DNA of 34,112 nucleotides from Candidatus Sulfobium sp. Its GTDB lineage: Bacteria; Nitrospirota; Thermodesulfovibrionia; Thermodesulfovibrionales; UBA6898. The notes under the pieces are model-generated. The model saw only the letters and a program-made list of their open reading frames with translations, was not told the origin of the DNA and made no database searches. The position numbers were made by a program, and so were the translations under genes. The stretch covers positions 4,063 through 38,174 of the forward strand of contig JARRRI010000041.1 in the NCBI GenBank assembly GCA_037380845.1, written 5' to 3'. This document shows positions 1 to 9,209 of the stretch, piece by piece (the stretch's first letter is position 1; each line of letters opens with the position of its first letter).

Positions 1-530
1 ACAAAGAGTCTTCCCAGCCCGTCCTGCCGCGCGGGCCGGCCGAGGTACATGGACGCAACCATTGTCCATTTGGACATCATGGGCATAAGGAAGAGAGAGA
101 AATAACAGGCGGAGGAGGAGAAACCGGAGATATCCACGAGCGCCAGATACTTCAGACCCAGCGAGAAGACGATAGTCGTCACCCCGATGGGTCCTGCGGT
201 GCCGTCCCTCATAATGCTCAGCTTCTTCTCCATATCTTTCGAGGCATCCCCGGTTGATTTTGACGCAAGTGCGTCGAATGTGTCGGCAAGCCCGTCGAGA
301 TGAAACCCGCCATTCGTCAGGACCAGCACCAGGAGGACCAGTGCGATGGCAAGGCCCGGCTGAAAGACCACACCCAGGGCCTTATCTGCTGCAACAAGCA
401 GGATGCCCTGGGCGAGTCCCACTGGGACAAAGAGAGCAGAACTCTTAGCGATATCGGCGTCATCGGCGGCTATCCCCGCCCCTACGGGTATAACCGTCAA
501 AAACTGAAATGCGGTCAAAAGCCTTTTCAT
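1..530 (-). CDS. cobS: Adenosylcobinamide-GDP ribazoletransferase (cobalamin synthase); runs off the left edge
   Basis: Not in the ORF track. Manual translation from ATG at 530 gives [15 protein letters not shown]...NGGFHLDGLADTFDA...IMRDGTAGPIG, which carries the CobS FLT.IP and H.DGLAD..D motifs. The start overlaps the cobT stop. Confidence 0.95.
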   Translation of the reverse strand, partial: MKRLLTAFQFLTVIPVGAGIAADDADIAKSSALFVPVGLAQGILLVAADKALGVVFQPGLAIALVLLVLVLTNGGFHLDGLADTFDALASKSTGDASKDMEKKLSIMRDGTAGPIGVTTIVFSLGLKYLALVDISGFSSSACYFSLFLMPMMSKWTMVASMYLGRPARQDGLGRLF

Positions 531-1582
531 TATTTCTCTTTGCCGCCGGAGACACCGGCCTCTCCGAAGGTAGCCATCTCTCTATAAATCCTGAGTCCGG
601 CCTCGATCATCAGCATCGCCAGGGCCGCCCCTGTTCCCTCTCCGAGTCTCAGGCCGAGGTCGAGTATAGGCGTCAGGCCGATCTTTTCGAGCATTACCTT
701 GTGCCCCCTTTCAACAGAGTTGTGGGCGGCGAACATATAATCCCTGGTCCGCGGCTCGACACTGTATGCCAGGAGCGCGCCGGCAGTAGAAATGAAGCCG
801 TCCACAACTACCGGGATCCGCTTTCCGGCCGCTCCCAGAATCAAGCCGGCAATCCCTCCTATTTCGGCTCCTCCGACCCTGGCAAGAACGCCGACCGGGT
901 CTTCCGGATCGGGTTCGTTCAGCGATATCGAATCCTCAATCACCCTGATTTTGTTCTGCAGAACGTCGCTGGTTATTCCGGTGCCCCTTCCTGTAACTTC
1001 GGCCGCGGGTTTCCCGGTGAGGACCGACGCGATGGCTGCCGAAGGAGTGGTGTTGCCGATCCCCATATCTCCTGTCCCGAACAGCCTGTATCCCTTCTCC
1101 GCATATTCTTCCGCGAGGCTGATACCCGCCTCAATGCACTGTTCAGCCTCCTCCCCCGTCATGGCCGGCCCCTTTCTCATATTTCTTGTGCCTGAGACGA
1201 CCTTCTTTGAAATCAGACCCGGGGTATCCCCGAAATCGAAATCCACGCCTATATCAACGACGACAACGTCGGCACCTGCATGCCGGGCAAGCACGTTTAT
1301 GCCTGCTCCCCCGTTCAGGAAATTGAAGACCATCTGGGTGGTAACCTCCTTCGGATAAGCCGAAACACCCTCCTCCGCAACCCCGTGGTCACCGGCAAAA
1401 GTAAAGATTACCTTTTTGTCGATTTCCGGCATAACATTCCCGGTAATTGCAACCAGCCTCCGTGCGAATTCTTCGAGACGGCCCAGGCTTCCGGGCGGCT
1501 TCGTAAGACTGTCAAGCCTCTTGCGGGCCTCCTCGGCCAGTCCGGTATCGGCCGGCAGAATCTTTTTCAATATTTCCTCCAT
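530..1582 (-). CDS. cobT: Nicotinate-nucleotide-dimethylbenzimidazole phosphoribosyltransferase
   Basis: [35 protein letters not shown] and LRLGEGTGA motifs. Confidence 0.97.
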   Translation of the reverse strand: MEEILKKILPADTGLAEEARKRLDSLTKPPGSLGRLEEFARRLVAITGNVMPEIDKKVIFTFAGDHGVAEEGVSAYPKEVTTQMVFNFLNGGAGINVLARHAGADVVVVDIGVDFDFGDTPGLISKKVVSGTRNMRKGPAMTGEEAEQCIEAGISLAEEYAEKGYRLFGTGDMGIGNTTPSAAIASVLTGKPAAEVTGRGTGITSDVLQNKIRVIEDSISLNEPDPEDPVGVLARVGGAEIGGIAGLILGAAGKRIPVVVDGFISTAGALLAYSVEPRTRDYMFAAHNSVERGHKVMLEKIGLTPILDLGLRLGEGTGAALAMLMIEAGLRIYREMATFGEAGVSGGKEK

Positions 1583-2124
1583 TAAGCCCCTCCAGCCCCC
1601 TTTATTTTTACCGGAATTCCCGATACCGCCAGATAAACTTCGTGCGCAACTTCCGCCATCCTCTGGTTCAAAGACCCGGCTGCGTCCCTGTACCTCCTGG
1701 ACATCTCATCGGCAGGGACTATGCCCATGCCGACCTCATTGGAGACTATATAGATCCGCCCGGGACGATGAAGCGACGAGAGGGATTCAAGAAGGTTTTC
1801 TGTTTCCCTTTCGATGTCTGCGCCGCCCGAAATCAGGTTGTAAAGCCAAAGAGTGAGGCAGTCGAGAATTATTACCTCATAGCGATCTTCGATCTTCCTC
1901 AGCAGACTCCCGACCTTCAGCGGCTCCTCGTAAGTGTCGTATAGTTCGCCACGGTCCCGTCTGTGTCTTTCTATCCTGGATTTCATCTCATCGTCTGAAG
2001 GCCGGGCGGTGGCGACGAACGCCTTCCTGCCCGGAAAATCCGAAGCGGAGGCCAGAGCAAAACTGCTCTTGCCGCTTCTGGCCCCTCCCGTGACAAGGAT
2101 TATCCTCCTGCTCATCTTCTTCAT
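1582..2124 (-). CDS. cobU: Adenosylcobinamide kinase / cobinamide-phosphate guanylyltransferase
   Basis: [20 protein letters not shown] and [10 protein letters not shown] motifs. Start is 2124 or 2115; the ORF track uses 2151. Confidence 0.95.
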   Translation of the reverse strand: MKKMSRRIILVTGGARSGKSSFALASASDFPGRKAFVATARPSDDEMKSRIERHRRDRGELYDTYEEPLKVGSLLRKIEDRYEVIILDCLTLWLYNLISGGADIERETENLLESLSSLHRPGRIYIVSNEVGMGIVPADEMSRRYRDAAGSLNQRMAEVAHEVYLAVSGIPVKIKGAGGA

Positions 2125-2134
2125 TTCTCCGGTC

Positions 2135-2911
2135 TCAGAAATTGTCCTCATAACTTATATATGCCTTCCCATGAGGATTTCTGACGACCTTGACGTTGAC
2201 ATCAAAGGCATTTCTGATAAGAGCATCGCTGAGGACATCCTGCGGCGGGCCCGCGCAAAGGATACCCCCGTCTTTGATAAGCACCACCTTTTCGAATTGC
2301 ATGGCGATATTGATGTCGTGCAGGGCCATGACTATCGACATGTCCCTTTCCTCCCTCAGTTTTTTCAGGAGTCTGACAAGTTCTATCTGGTATTTGATAT
2401 CAAGGTTTGCGAGAGGTTCGTCGAGAAGGAGAAGGCCGGCCCCCTGTAGAAGTGTCATGGCAATGAACGTCCGTCTCTTCTCGCCGCCGCTCAGATCGGT
2501 GATATGTGCGTCTGCCTTTTCAATCAGGCCGACCATGGACAGGGCGTCATCGGTAGTCATGGCGGGCGGTATATCGTAGGGGTAAAGCCCCATCCCCACC
2601 AGTTCCTTCACGGTGAAGGGAACGCTTACATCGAGTGTCTGGGGAAGGTAGCTAATCAGCTTTGCCCTGTCCCTGTTGTGATAGGAATGGAGGGCCTTCT
2701 CCCATAACAGCAGCCCGCCGGCCGCCGGCTTCAGGATGCCGCTTCCGAGCTTGAGTATCGTCGATTTGCCCGACCCGTTGGCGCCCAGAAGGCCGATGAA
2801 TTCACCTTCACCGACGGAGAGATTGAGATCCTCAATGAAGCTTTCTCCTCTGGCATAGGAAAACCGGATTCCCTCCAGTCTCAATATCATGGGCCTAGAA
2901 GCTGAGGACAT
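2135..2911 (-). CDS. btuD: Cobalamin/Fe-siderophore ABC transporter ATP-binding subunit
   Basis: GANGSGKS, LSGGE, LLLDEP and LHD motifs. B12 specificity is inferred from the riboswitch and cob neighbours. Confidence 0.85.
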   Translation of the reverse strand: MSSASRPMILRLEGIRFSYARGESFIEDLNLSVGEGEFIGLLGANGSGKSTILKLGSGILKPAAGGLLLWEKALHSYHNRDRAKLISYLPQTLDVSVPFTVKELVGMGLYPYDIPPAMTTDDALSMVGLIEKADAHITDLSGGEKRRTFIAMTLLQGAGLLLLDEPLANLDIKYQIELVRLLKKLREERDMSIVMALHDINIAMQFEKVVLIKDGGILCAGPPQDVLSDALIRNAFDVNVKVVRNPHGKAYISYEDNF

Positions 2912-3857
2912 TTTTCCTCCTCAGCAGGTAAAGGAAATAGGGCGCCCCGATTATGGCGGTTATTATACCCGCAGGAAGCTCCATCGGGGGGAGAAGCGAC
3001 CTTCCGATAAGGTCGGCTATACAGAGCAGAGCTCCCCCCATGACAGCAGAGGCGGGAACCAGATGCCGGCTGTCGGAACCGAGGAAGAAGCGCACGATGT
3101 GGGGGACAAGAAGGCCGATGAAACCTATCATTCCGCCCAGAGCCACAGAGGCCGCGGTCATCAGGCCGACAGATACGAAGAGCAGGAGCCTCTCTCTGTG
3201 CGGAGTAAAACCGAGGCTGTGTGCCAGTTCATCCCCCAGGATAAGGGCGTTGAGGGCCTTTGCTCTCCAGAGCGAAACCACCAGCCCGCCGGCTACGAAA
3301 GCAAGGCCGTAAGGCATAATGGACCAATCCGACATCGAGAGGTCCCCGAATATCCAGAGGGTCGCCCTTCTGAGGCCTTCGGTAGTAGATATGCTAAGCA
3401 GGAGCATCAGGAGTGCGGAAAAGAGGAAGCTCAGTCCTACACCCGCAAGAAGCAGCCTTTCCGGCCAGAGCCCTCCCCTCTTCCATCCCAGTATCCCCAC
3501 GATGCCGCCGGTTACGATCGCCCCTATAAATGCGAGGACGGGTATGGTGAAGGTTCCGAAAATGCTCAACCCCGCGACAATACCCGCTGCTGCCGCCAGG
3601 GCCGCGCCGCTTGAAATTCCCAGGATATAAGGATCTGCCAGGGGGTTACGCAGAATGCCCTGGAGCACGGCACCCGATGCACCGAGTGCCGACCCCATGA
3701 GCACCGCCACGACGACCCGCGGCGCCCTGATTGAAACGAGTATAACCTTTGATGTTTTATCCAGCTCAAAGGGATCGATGACGCTGGGTCCCAGGAGAAG
3801 AGATGCCGATATGACCGCAGTGAATACCAGGACGATGAAAAAGAGTCTGGTCTTCAT
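2895..3857 (-). CDS. btuC: Cobalamin ABC transporter permease (FecCD/BtuC family)
   Basis: QGILRNPLADPYILGISSGA, GMIGFIGLLVPH and ELPAGIITAIIGAPYF motifs. ATG at 3857 lies just after the btuF stop. Confidence 0.88.
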   Translation of the reverse strand: MKTRLFFIVLVFTAVISASLLLGPSVIDPFELDKTSKVILVSIRAPRVVVAVLMGSALGASGAVLQGILRNPLADPYILGISSGAALAAAAGIVAGLSIFGTFTIPVLAFIGAIVTGGIVGILGWKRGGLWPERLLLAGVGLSFLFSALLMLLLSISTTEGLRRATLWIFGDLSMSDWSIMPYGLAFVAGGLVVSLWRAKALNALILGDELAHSLGFTPHRERLLLFVSVGLMTAASVALGGMIGFIGLLVPHIVRFFLGSDSRHLVPASAVMGGALLCIADLIGRSLLPPMELPAGIITAIIGAPYFLYLLRRKNVLSF

Positions 3858-3858
3858 A

Positions 3859-4698
3859 CTATTGCCCCACCACCGCCCGCAGTTCTTCAATTCCCCGGAC
3901 GGTCCTAGGTCCAAGCCTGTAGAGGTCGTCGCTCACGTAAAACACCTCCCCGTTTTTCACTGCAGGCACTGTCTTAAGTCTGGCTAGAAGCCCTTCGGAC
4001 AACTTCCTGATGTCCGCGGGGTCATCATCTCTCATGTCAGGACCTATCACGATCATGTCAGGGGGGTCCCGAAGGATCGCCTCCAGCGAATATTTCGGGT
4101 ACTCGGATATCGACTTTGAGGCGGCGTTTTTTGCCCCTGCGATCTTTATCGCGTCGTCTATCACCGTGCCGGGCCCGGCTACGATCAAGGGATCAGGCCA
4201 GACGATGAAGAGCAGCTTTTTCCTCGGTCCTGAGGACTTCAATGCCTCAAGCCTTTCGAGCCTGGCTTCGTTATCTGCCGCTAGCCTGTCCGCCCTGTCT
4301 TTAACACCGAGGGCAGCCCCCAGTTCCCTTATTCCCCCGGCAAGGTCTTTTATCCTCCTGGCCGTGGAAACATAGGTCCTGATATGCAGGGAGCGGAGCC
4401 TCTCCTCAAACTCTTTGGAATTGCCGTCCGTTGTCATTACGACGACGTCAGGCTTCAGAGACACGACGGCCTCCAGGGACGGATTCGACATCCCCCCGAC
4501 CTTCGGTTTTGTCCTGGCCTCGGGAGGGTAGTCGCAGAAACTTGTTACCCCCACCAACCGGTCCCCCAAGCCCAGTGCGAAGAGTATCTCGGTCATGTTC
4601 GGCGCGAGTGAGATTATCCTCTCCGGCGTCCCGGCCCGGCAGGGGACGGGCAAAGAACAGAAAAGAATTACAAGCAGCATCAACGACCTTTTCAGCAT
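3859..4698 (-). CDS. btuF: Cobalamin-binding periplasmic protein
   Basis: Signal peptide followed by RIISLAPNMTEILFALG and VGVTSFCDYP. A GGAGG SD precedes ATG 4698. Confidence 0.88.
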   Translation of the reverse strand: MLKRSLMLLVILFCSLPVPCRAGTPERIISLAPNMTEILFALGLGDRLVGVTSFCDYPPEARTKPKVGGMSNPSLEAVVSLKPDVVVMTTDGNSKEFEERLRSLHIRTYVSTARRIKDLAGGIRELGAALGVKDRADRLAADNEARLERLEALKSSGPRKKLLFIVWPDPLIVAGPGTVIDDAIKIAGAKNAASKSISEYPKYSLEAILRDPPDMIVIGPDMRDDDPADIRKLSEGLLARLKTVPAVKNGEVFYVSDDLYRLGPRTVRGIEELRAVVGQ

Positions 4699-4708
4699 TC
4701 GCGCCTCC

Positions 4709-4753
4709 AAAAATAAAAAATCCTCAGAACCCGAATAAAGAGTCCTGAGGATT
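4709..4753 (-). terminator. Intrinsic terminator/attenuator of the riboswitch expression platform
   Basis: 12-bp stem AATCCTCAGGAC/GTTCTGAGGATT (one G-U pair) followed by TTTTATTTTT, immediately before the btuF SD. Confidence 0.8.
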
Positions 4754-4803
4754 GCACCCTGTTTTACTTCATCCTCACCTTTCTCCACGGAAAGGCCTTA
4801 AAA

Positions 4804-4857
4804 AGTGAGAAGTAAGAAGTCCAAAAACTACTTACTATTCACTCTTCACTTCTTACT
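4804..4857. repeat. Heptamer tandem repeats in inverted arrangement
   Basis: - strand reads AGTAAGA AGTGAAG AGTGAAT AGTAAGT AGT, then ACT TCTTACT TCTCACT. Confidence 0.7.
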
Positions 4858-4863
4858 GTCTTT

Positions 4864-5037
4864 ACAGGCAGGTCTTCTGGCTCTCCCGACCTTTGCCGGC
4901 CTTCCCATCCTGAAAATGAACAGTGGCCGATTGACGGCAAAGGCGCCTATTCCGCGGATGCGGAATCGGGATTACAGCGGCGGGACCGCTCCTGACTTTG
5001 ACAGGATTCCCTATTAAGCCTCTCGGCACCTATGAAA
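4864..5037 (-). ncRNA. Cobalamin (AdoCbl-type) riboswitch
   Basis: - strand reads AGGTGC..TTAATAGGGAA..GCGGTCCCGCCGCTGT..GCCACTG..GGGAAGG..GAGCCAGAAGACCTGCC (B12 box), upstream of btuF. Confidence 0.95.
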
Positions 5038-5066
5038 AGACTAATCTCAATTATCGGAAAAGTCAA
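5038..5066 (-). promoter_or_regulatory. Sigma70-type promoter of the riboswitch/btu-cob operon
   Basis: TTGACT-N17-TAGTCT directly 5' of the aptamer. Confidence 0.7.
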
Positions 5067-5073
5067 GCTCCCG

Positions 5074-5259
5074 TCAGATCTTCTGCAGTTCCGACCTCCT
5101 CACCTTAACCCGGTCACCGGACGACAGCGTTGCCCTGATCGTCGTGGCGGAGTGGTATTCCTTCTCCATGCATTCAAGCTCCATTCCATTTTCGAGTCTG
5201 GCGTCCTTGCCGGCGACAGTCTTGACGTCTTTCGTTTCGCCCAAATACTTAACTTTCAT
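5074..5259 (-). CDS. Small hypothetical protein (61 aa)
   Basis: GGAGG SD 8 nt before the ATG; last gene of the methyltransferase operon; beta-rich looking sequence. Confidence 0.75.
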   Translation of the reverse strand: MKVKYLGETKDVKTVAGKDARLENGMELECMEKEYHSATTIRATLSSGDRVKVRRSELQKI

Positions 5260-5289
5260 TTCAATGTCCTCCCTGACCGGGAGAGCCGC

Positions 5290-7269
5290 TTATGCAGCTC
5301 CCCGGCTCTCGGCAGTTAATAAGCTCTCTTCCTCATCAGGGGGCAGGATGCCCGCCAGATGGGGGAACTTGTCGAACATGTGAGGAAACTGCATCGCCTC
5401 GCCGAAGCGGTCGTTGAAGTCCTCCTCGAGAGCGAGCTCGACATATTCTACCCTGCGGGCGACATCGTTCGCCTCCCGTCTTTTGTCCACGTTAATCAAA
5501 GCGATCCTTGCGCCGTCACCTGCGGCGTTACCTATGGACTTGACCTTTTCGAGGTCGCAGTCGGGGTACATGCCGATCACCATCGCCGCGACCTTGTCTA
5601 TGTGGCTCCCGAAGGCGCCCGCCACCGCCAGCCTGTCGAAATTCGTGATGCCCAGTTTTCTCATCATGATGAGACATCCGGAGTAGAGAGCGCCTTTGGC
5701 AAGCTGTATGGCCCTGACATCTTTCTGATTGACGACAATGTCCTGATCTATCGAAGTTTCATGCTTCCACGCCAGCACGTATTCCGGAAGGTTCTTTGCG
5801 CCTCTTCTGAGCCGCTTTGACTTTAGGTCCATATTGATCTGGCCGTTCTTCCTGATGATGCCGGCCTTGAACATCTCGGCAATGGCGTCGATGATGGCCG
5901 AGCCGCAGATCCCCTTGGCCTGCATGTTGACCTTTCCGTCGCTCCAGCTGTCGTTTCCTATCACTTGATATGAAGCCTCGAGAGTCCCGGGGTCTATTTT
6001 GATACGCTCGATCGCGCCCGGAGCGGCTCTCATGCCGAACTCGATCTGCGCCCCTTCAAGCGCGGGACCGGTGGCACAGGAGCAGGATATGAGCTTTTCC
6101 CTGTTGCCCAGAACAAGTTCCCCGTTCGTCCCGATATCGATCAGGAGAGTAATCTCCTTCCGCTTATGCGGTGCATCGGCGATGAGGCACCCGACATTGT
6201 CGGCCCCTACAAAGCCTGCTTCAATGGGCAGGACGTGGATGTTGCCGGAAGGGAGAATCTTTATCCCGAACCGGTCCGCCTTTACGTCGACCGAACGGTG
6301 AAGGGCCGGCGTAAAAGGGGCCACTCCCATAAACTCGGGATTGATGCCCAGCAGTATGTGGTGCATGGCCGTATTTCCCACGAGGGTCATTTCACTTATG
6401 TCCCCGGGTGTATGGCCGGCCTTGTGCGCCGCGAGTCTTGCCAGGTTGTTAAGGCCTTCGATTATGGTAGCCTGAAGCTCTCGCAGGCCTTTTTCCTCAT
6501 CCATCATGCAATGAGTAATACGCGACATTACATCTTCGCCGTACTGCACCTGGGGATTCATCATGGACTCAGTGGCCAGGACTTCACCGGTATTGAGGTC
6601 CGTAAGATAACCGGCGCAAGTAGTAGTACCTATATCGACTGCAAGGCCGATATTTGTCTCCACGTTGCCCGGTTCGATACGGATTATCTCCTTTTTATGC
6701 CACAGCGTGACAGTCACCTTCCAGTCGCCCTTTCGGACAACATCAGGGAGTGTCTGAAGCACCCTGTAATCTATCGAGAGCCCCTTCAGTCCATGTTCTT
6801 TCAGGAGCGCCTCCGTGAGCCGCTCGAAGTCTCCCAGCGGATCGTCAAGGCTAGGCAGCGGCAGTTCCACATAATACTTCCCGACGGCGGGCTTCAGTTT
6901 CACCTTGATCTGTCCTGCCGCCTTGCTGACGACCTGTTTGCCGGTGCGGCTGGCCTCCGGAACAAACACGATGACGTCACCAAGTATCTTGGTCGCGCAG
7001 GCCAGGCGAACGTGTTTTTCCGACTCCTTTCGCTTCAGCACCTTCTTTTCCTTTTCGTCAAGGCCGCTCAGGTGTTTAAGGGAGGAGGTGATCCCTTCCT
7101 TCGGGAACTTTCCTTCCATTACGTTTACCTTGCATTTTCCGCAGACCATATGTTCGCCGCAGACAGCCTCAATACCTACTCCCAGGCGCCGGGCAGCATC
7201 GAGTATTGTTGTTCCCTCGGGCACCTGTCCGCGGCGACCCGAGGGTTGAAATATAATCGTATGATTCAT
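5290..7269 (-). CDS. Reductive activator of corrinoid proteins (RACo/AcsV/RamA-like; 2Fe-2S + ASKHA, DUF4445)
   Basis: N-terminal CGEHMVCGKC...RLAC ferredoxin; DIGTTT, NPQVQYGEDVMSRI, DIGTNGE, CATGPALEG, AGAFG and GNAAGDGA motifs. Confidence 0.93.
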   Translation of the reverse strand: MNHTIIFQPSGRRGQVPEGTTILDAARRLGVGIEAVCGEHMVCGKCKVNVMEGKFPKEGITSSLKHLSGLDEKEKKVLKRKESEKHVRLACATKILGDVIVFVPEASRTGKQVVSKAAGQIKVKLKPAVGKYYVELPLPSLDDPLGDFERLTEALLKEHGLKGLSIDYRVLQTLPDVVRKGDWKVTVTLWHKKEIIRIEPGNVETNIGLAVDIGTTTCAGYLTDLNTGEVLATESMMNPQVQYGEDVMSRITHCMMDEEKGLRELQATIIEGLNNLARLAAHKAGHTPGDISEMTLVGNTAMHHILLGINPEFMGVAPFTPALHRSVDVKADRFGIKILPSGNIHVLPIEAGFVGADNVGCLIADAPHKRKEITLLIDIGTNGELVLGNREKLISCSCATGPALEGAQIEFGMRAAPGAIERIKIDPGTLEASYQVIGNDSWSDGKVNMQAKGICGSAIIDAIAEMFKAGIIRKNGQINMDLKSKRLRRGAKNLPEYVLAWKHETSIDQDIVVNQKDVRAIQLAKGALYSGCLIMMRKLGITNFDRLAVAGAFGSHIDKVAAMVIGMYPDCDLEKVKSIGNAAGDGARIALINVDKRREANDVARRVEYVELALEEDFNDRFGEAMQFPHMFDKFPHLAGILPPDEEESLLTAESRGAA

Positions 7270-7292
7270 AAGTAATGCATAACCTCCTTCGC

Positions 7293-7369
7293 GGGGATGG
7301 CCGCCGTTTCCCAGGCCGTCGCAGCCGCCTCTGCAGACGACTGTCCCGAACCGGGAAAGCCGGCCGCCC
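7293..7369 (-). other. Long intergenic stem-loop between the corrinoid protein and RACo genes
   Basis: Outer stem GGCCG.GCTTTCCCGG pairs with CTGGGAAAC.GG.CGGCC; inner stem GTCGTC.GCAG pairs with CTGC.GACGGC. Confidence 0.6.
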
Positions 7370-7389
7370 TCGCTGTTTGACGGTGCAGG

Positions 7390-8061
7390 CTAGGCCGCCC
7401 TGCCTGACTTCAACGCCTCAAGCATCTTCATAGCCTCCCGGAGAGCGTTAGGCGCATTGTCAGCGGTTGTATCCGCACCGTATTCCTCGACTGTCTTTTC
7501 GCTGATCGGGGCTCCGCCTATCATGATCTTTACCTTCGGGTTCTTCTCCTTTATCATGGGGATGAGCTTCTTTATGCCCACCATGGAGGTCGTCATCATG
7601 GCCGAAAGCATCACGATGTCCGAGTCCGTCCTCAACTGCTCCTCGACGAACTTCTGGAGCGGCACGTCACGGCCCAGATCATGGACCGTCCAGCCCGATG
7701 CCTCGAAGATCGCCTTGATTATGTTCTTGCCGAGGTCATGAACGTCGCCCTGCATAACGCCCAGGACGACCTGGCCTTTCTTGCCCCCTTCTTTCACCTT
7801 TATGTGGGGCTTCAGTATATCCAGGGCCGCATAGAGCGCCTTGGCACACAGAAGGGTTTCCGGCACGAAGTACTCGTGGGTATCGAATTTCTCGCTCACA
7901 ACCTCCATACCTCCTGCCAGGCCTTCCATCGTCATCGTATAGGCATCGACGCCGGCGGCTACCGCCTCTTCGGCGATCTTCTTGGCATCGGCCGCCTTGT
8001 AGTTGATAACCGCGTCCTGCAACCTTTCTATCAGGTCTTTTTCTTTTTCAGTAAATGCCAT
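7390..8061 (-). CDS. Methyltransferase cognate corrinoid protein (MtaC/MtbC/MttC family)
   Basis: Four-helix cap (YFVPETL), GDVHDLGKN (DxHxxG), DLGRDVP, SAMMTTSM and IGGAP motifs. Confidence 0.95.
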   Translation of the reverse strand: MAFTEKEKDLIERLQDAVINYKAADAKKIAEEAVAAGVDAYTMTMEGLAGGMEVVSEKFDTHEYFVPETLLCAKALYAALDILKPHIKVKEGGKKGQVVLGVMQGDVHDLGKNIIKAIFEASGWTVHDLGRDVPLQKFVEEQLRTDSDIVMLSAMMTTSMVGIKKLIPMIKEKNPKVKIMIGGAPISEKTVEEYGADTTADNAPNALREAMKMLEALKSGRAA

Positions 8062-8082
8062 CGTCTAATCCTCCTTTGTTCT

Positions 8083-9147
8083 TTATTTATACACGCCGTA
8101 TTTCTTCGCAGCTTCGACGATTAATTTTGCCTTCATCAGGGGGCCGTTCGGCGGAAACTCACATCCTGTTGCCAGTACGAACCCTCCGCCCTTCGCGAAT
8201 ATCTCTATCTCAGCCTTGCATTCCTCCTCGATCTCCTCGGGGGTGCCGAGCATGGCAACGGGTCCCGGAGGTATCCACCCTATGGTCGCGATCTTGCCTC
8301 CCCACTTGGCCTTATGCTCTTCCCAGCTGTCCACATCGTCTGCAACGTAAGCGTGGGAAATGGCGTGCGGATTGGCCCATTTCTCGCACATGTCGAAATA
8401 GATGCCGTTTCCGCAGTTATGGAGACTTACCAGAGCACCCATGTCCCTGATGGTGTCACAGAGCCTCTTCAGTGACGGTCCCTCGAACTTCTCCCACAGC
8501 TCCTTGCCAAGGATGCTCTGGGAGCAATAGAGATTGTCGTAGCAGACCGAGTGCGCACCTGCCTCGACCTGGGCCTTAGCGTATTCAAGGAGCGTTTCGT
8601 CCATGGCCTGAAGCGCAGGGAGCACCGCATCCGGGTTTTCGATGAGATCCATGAAAAACTTCTCCGGACCGCGCATCATGCTCATCACACCCAGGGAGCC
8701 ATACACGAACCCAACTATCGCATGGGTCTTACCCACTACCTTAGCAATTCCGGCGGTCATATCGATGACGCTCTTCATCCTCTTGGTCTTCCTGGGGTCT
8801 ATCTTGGCGATCTTCTTGTAGTCATCGATGGTCTTTATGAAAGGGTTGTCGTAGTTCGGATGGGCGGTGTCCATCACGGGGAAGATCACCTCCTGTCCGA
8901 AATCAAAGGCCTCCACCGAGAGGTCCACCAGCGACACAACTCCGTCGTGGCCGATCATATCGAAGGCGTCGAGATGACCCTGCACCATCGCCTCCACATT
9001 GTCGCCGGTCGACCATTCGCCGTAGGTAATGCCGGAGAACCTGTGTGCCGCCCCGCAGACCAGCGGTGCTGCCGGTACCCGGTCAGGCTCGTTGTGAGTC
9101 AGGGTCGCTCCGACCCTTTCGAGACTCGTCATTTCATTCTTTGCCAT
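8083..9147 (-). CDS. MtaA/CmuA-family (URO-D fold) methyltransferase, intact
   Basis: ERV...PDRVP start, DLSVEA..FG, Zn ligands LHNCG and GCEFP, GTPEEI; next to the corrinoid protein; AGGAGG SD. Confidence 0.9.
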   Translation of the reverse strand: MAKNEMTSLERVGATLTHNEPDRVPAAPLVCGAAHRFSGITYGEWSTGDNVEAMVQGHLDAFDMIGHDGVVSLVDLSVEAFDFGQEVIFPVMDTAHPNYDNPFIKTIDDYKKIAKIDPRKTKRMKSVIDMTAGIAKVVGKTHAIVGFVYGSLGVMSMMRGPEKFFMDLIENPDAVLPALQAMDETLLEYAKAQVEAGAHSVCYDNLYCSQSILGKELWEKFEGPSLKRLCDTIRDMGALVSLHNCGNGIYFDMCEKWANPHAISHAYVADDVDSWEEHKAKWGGKIATIGWIPPGPVAMLGTPEEIEEECKAEIEIFAKGGGFVLATGCEFPPNGPLMKAKLIVEAAKKYGVYK

Positions 9148-9209
9148 TTTTACCTCCTCTTTTACTGCTGTTCATGTTGCGTTCCCATAATCGGAAACGT
9201 TGCCCACTG

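Noticed and set aside
4804..4857. CRISPR array
   Set aside because: 7-nt units without spacers and no cas genes.
6166..7275. 369-aa + strand ORF, and similar long antisense ORFs (17028-18149, 8551-9417, 31275-31940)
   Set aside because: These are shadows of well-supported genes on the opposite strand, with no recognisable motifs.
8083..9147. Uroporphyrinogen decarboxylase HemE
   Set aside because: Lacks the RQAGR motif, has HxC...C Zn ligands, and sits beside a corrinoid protein.
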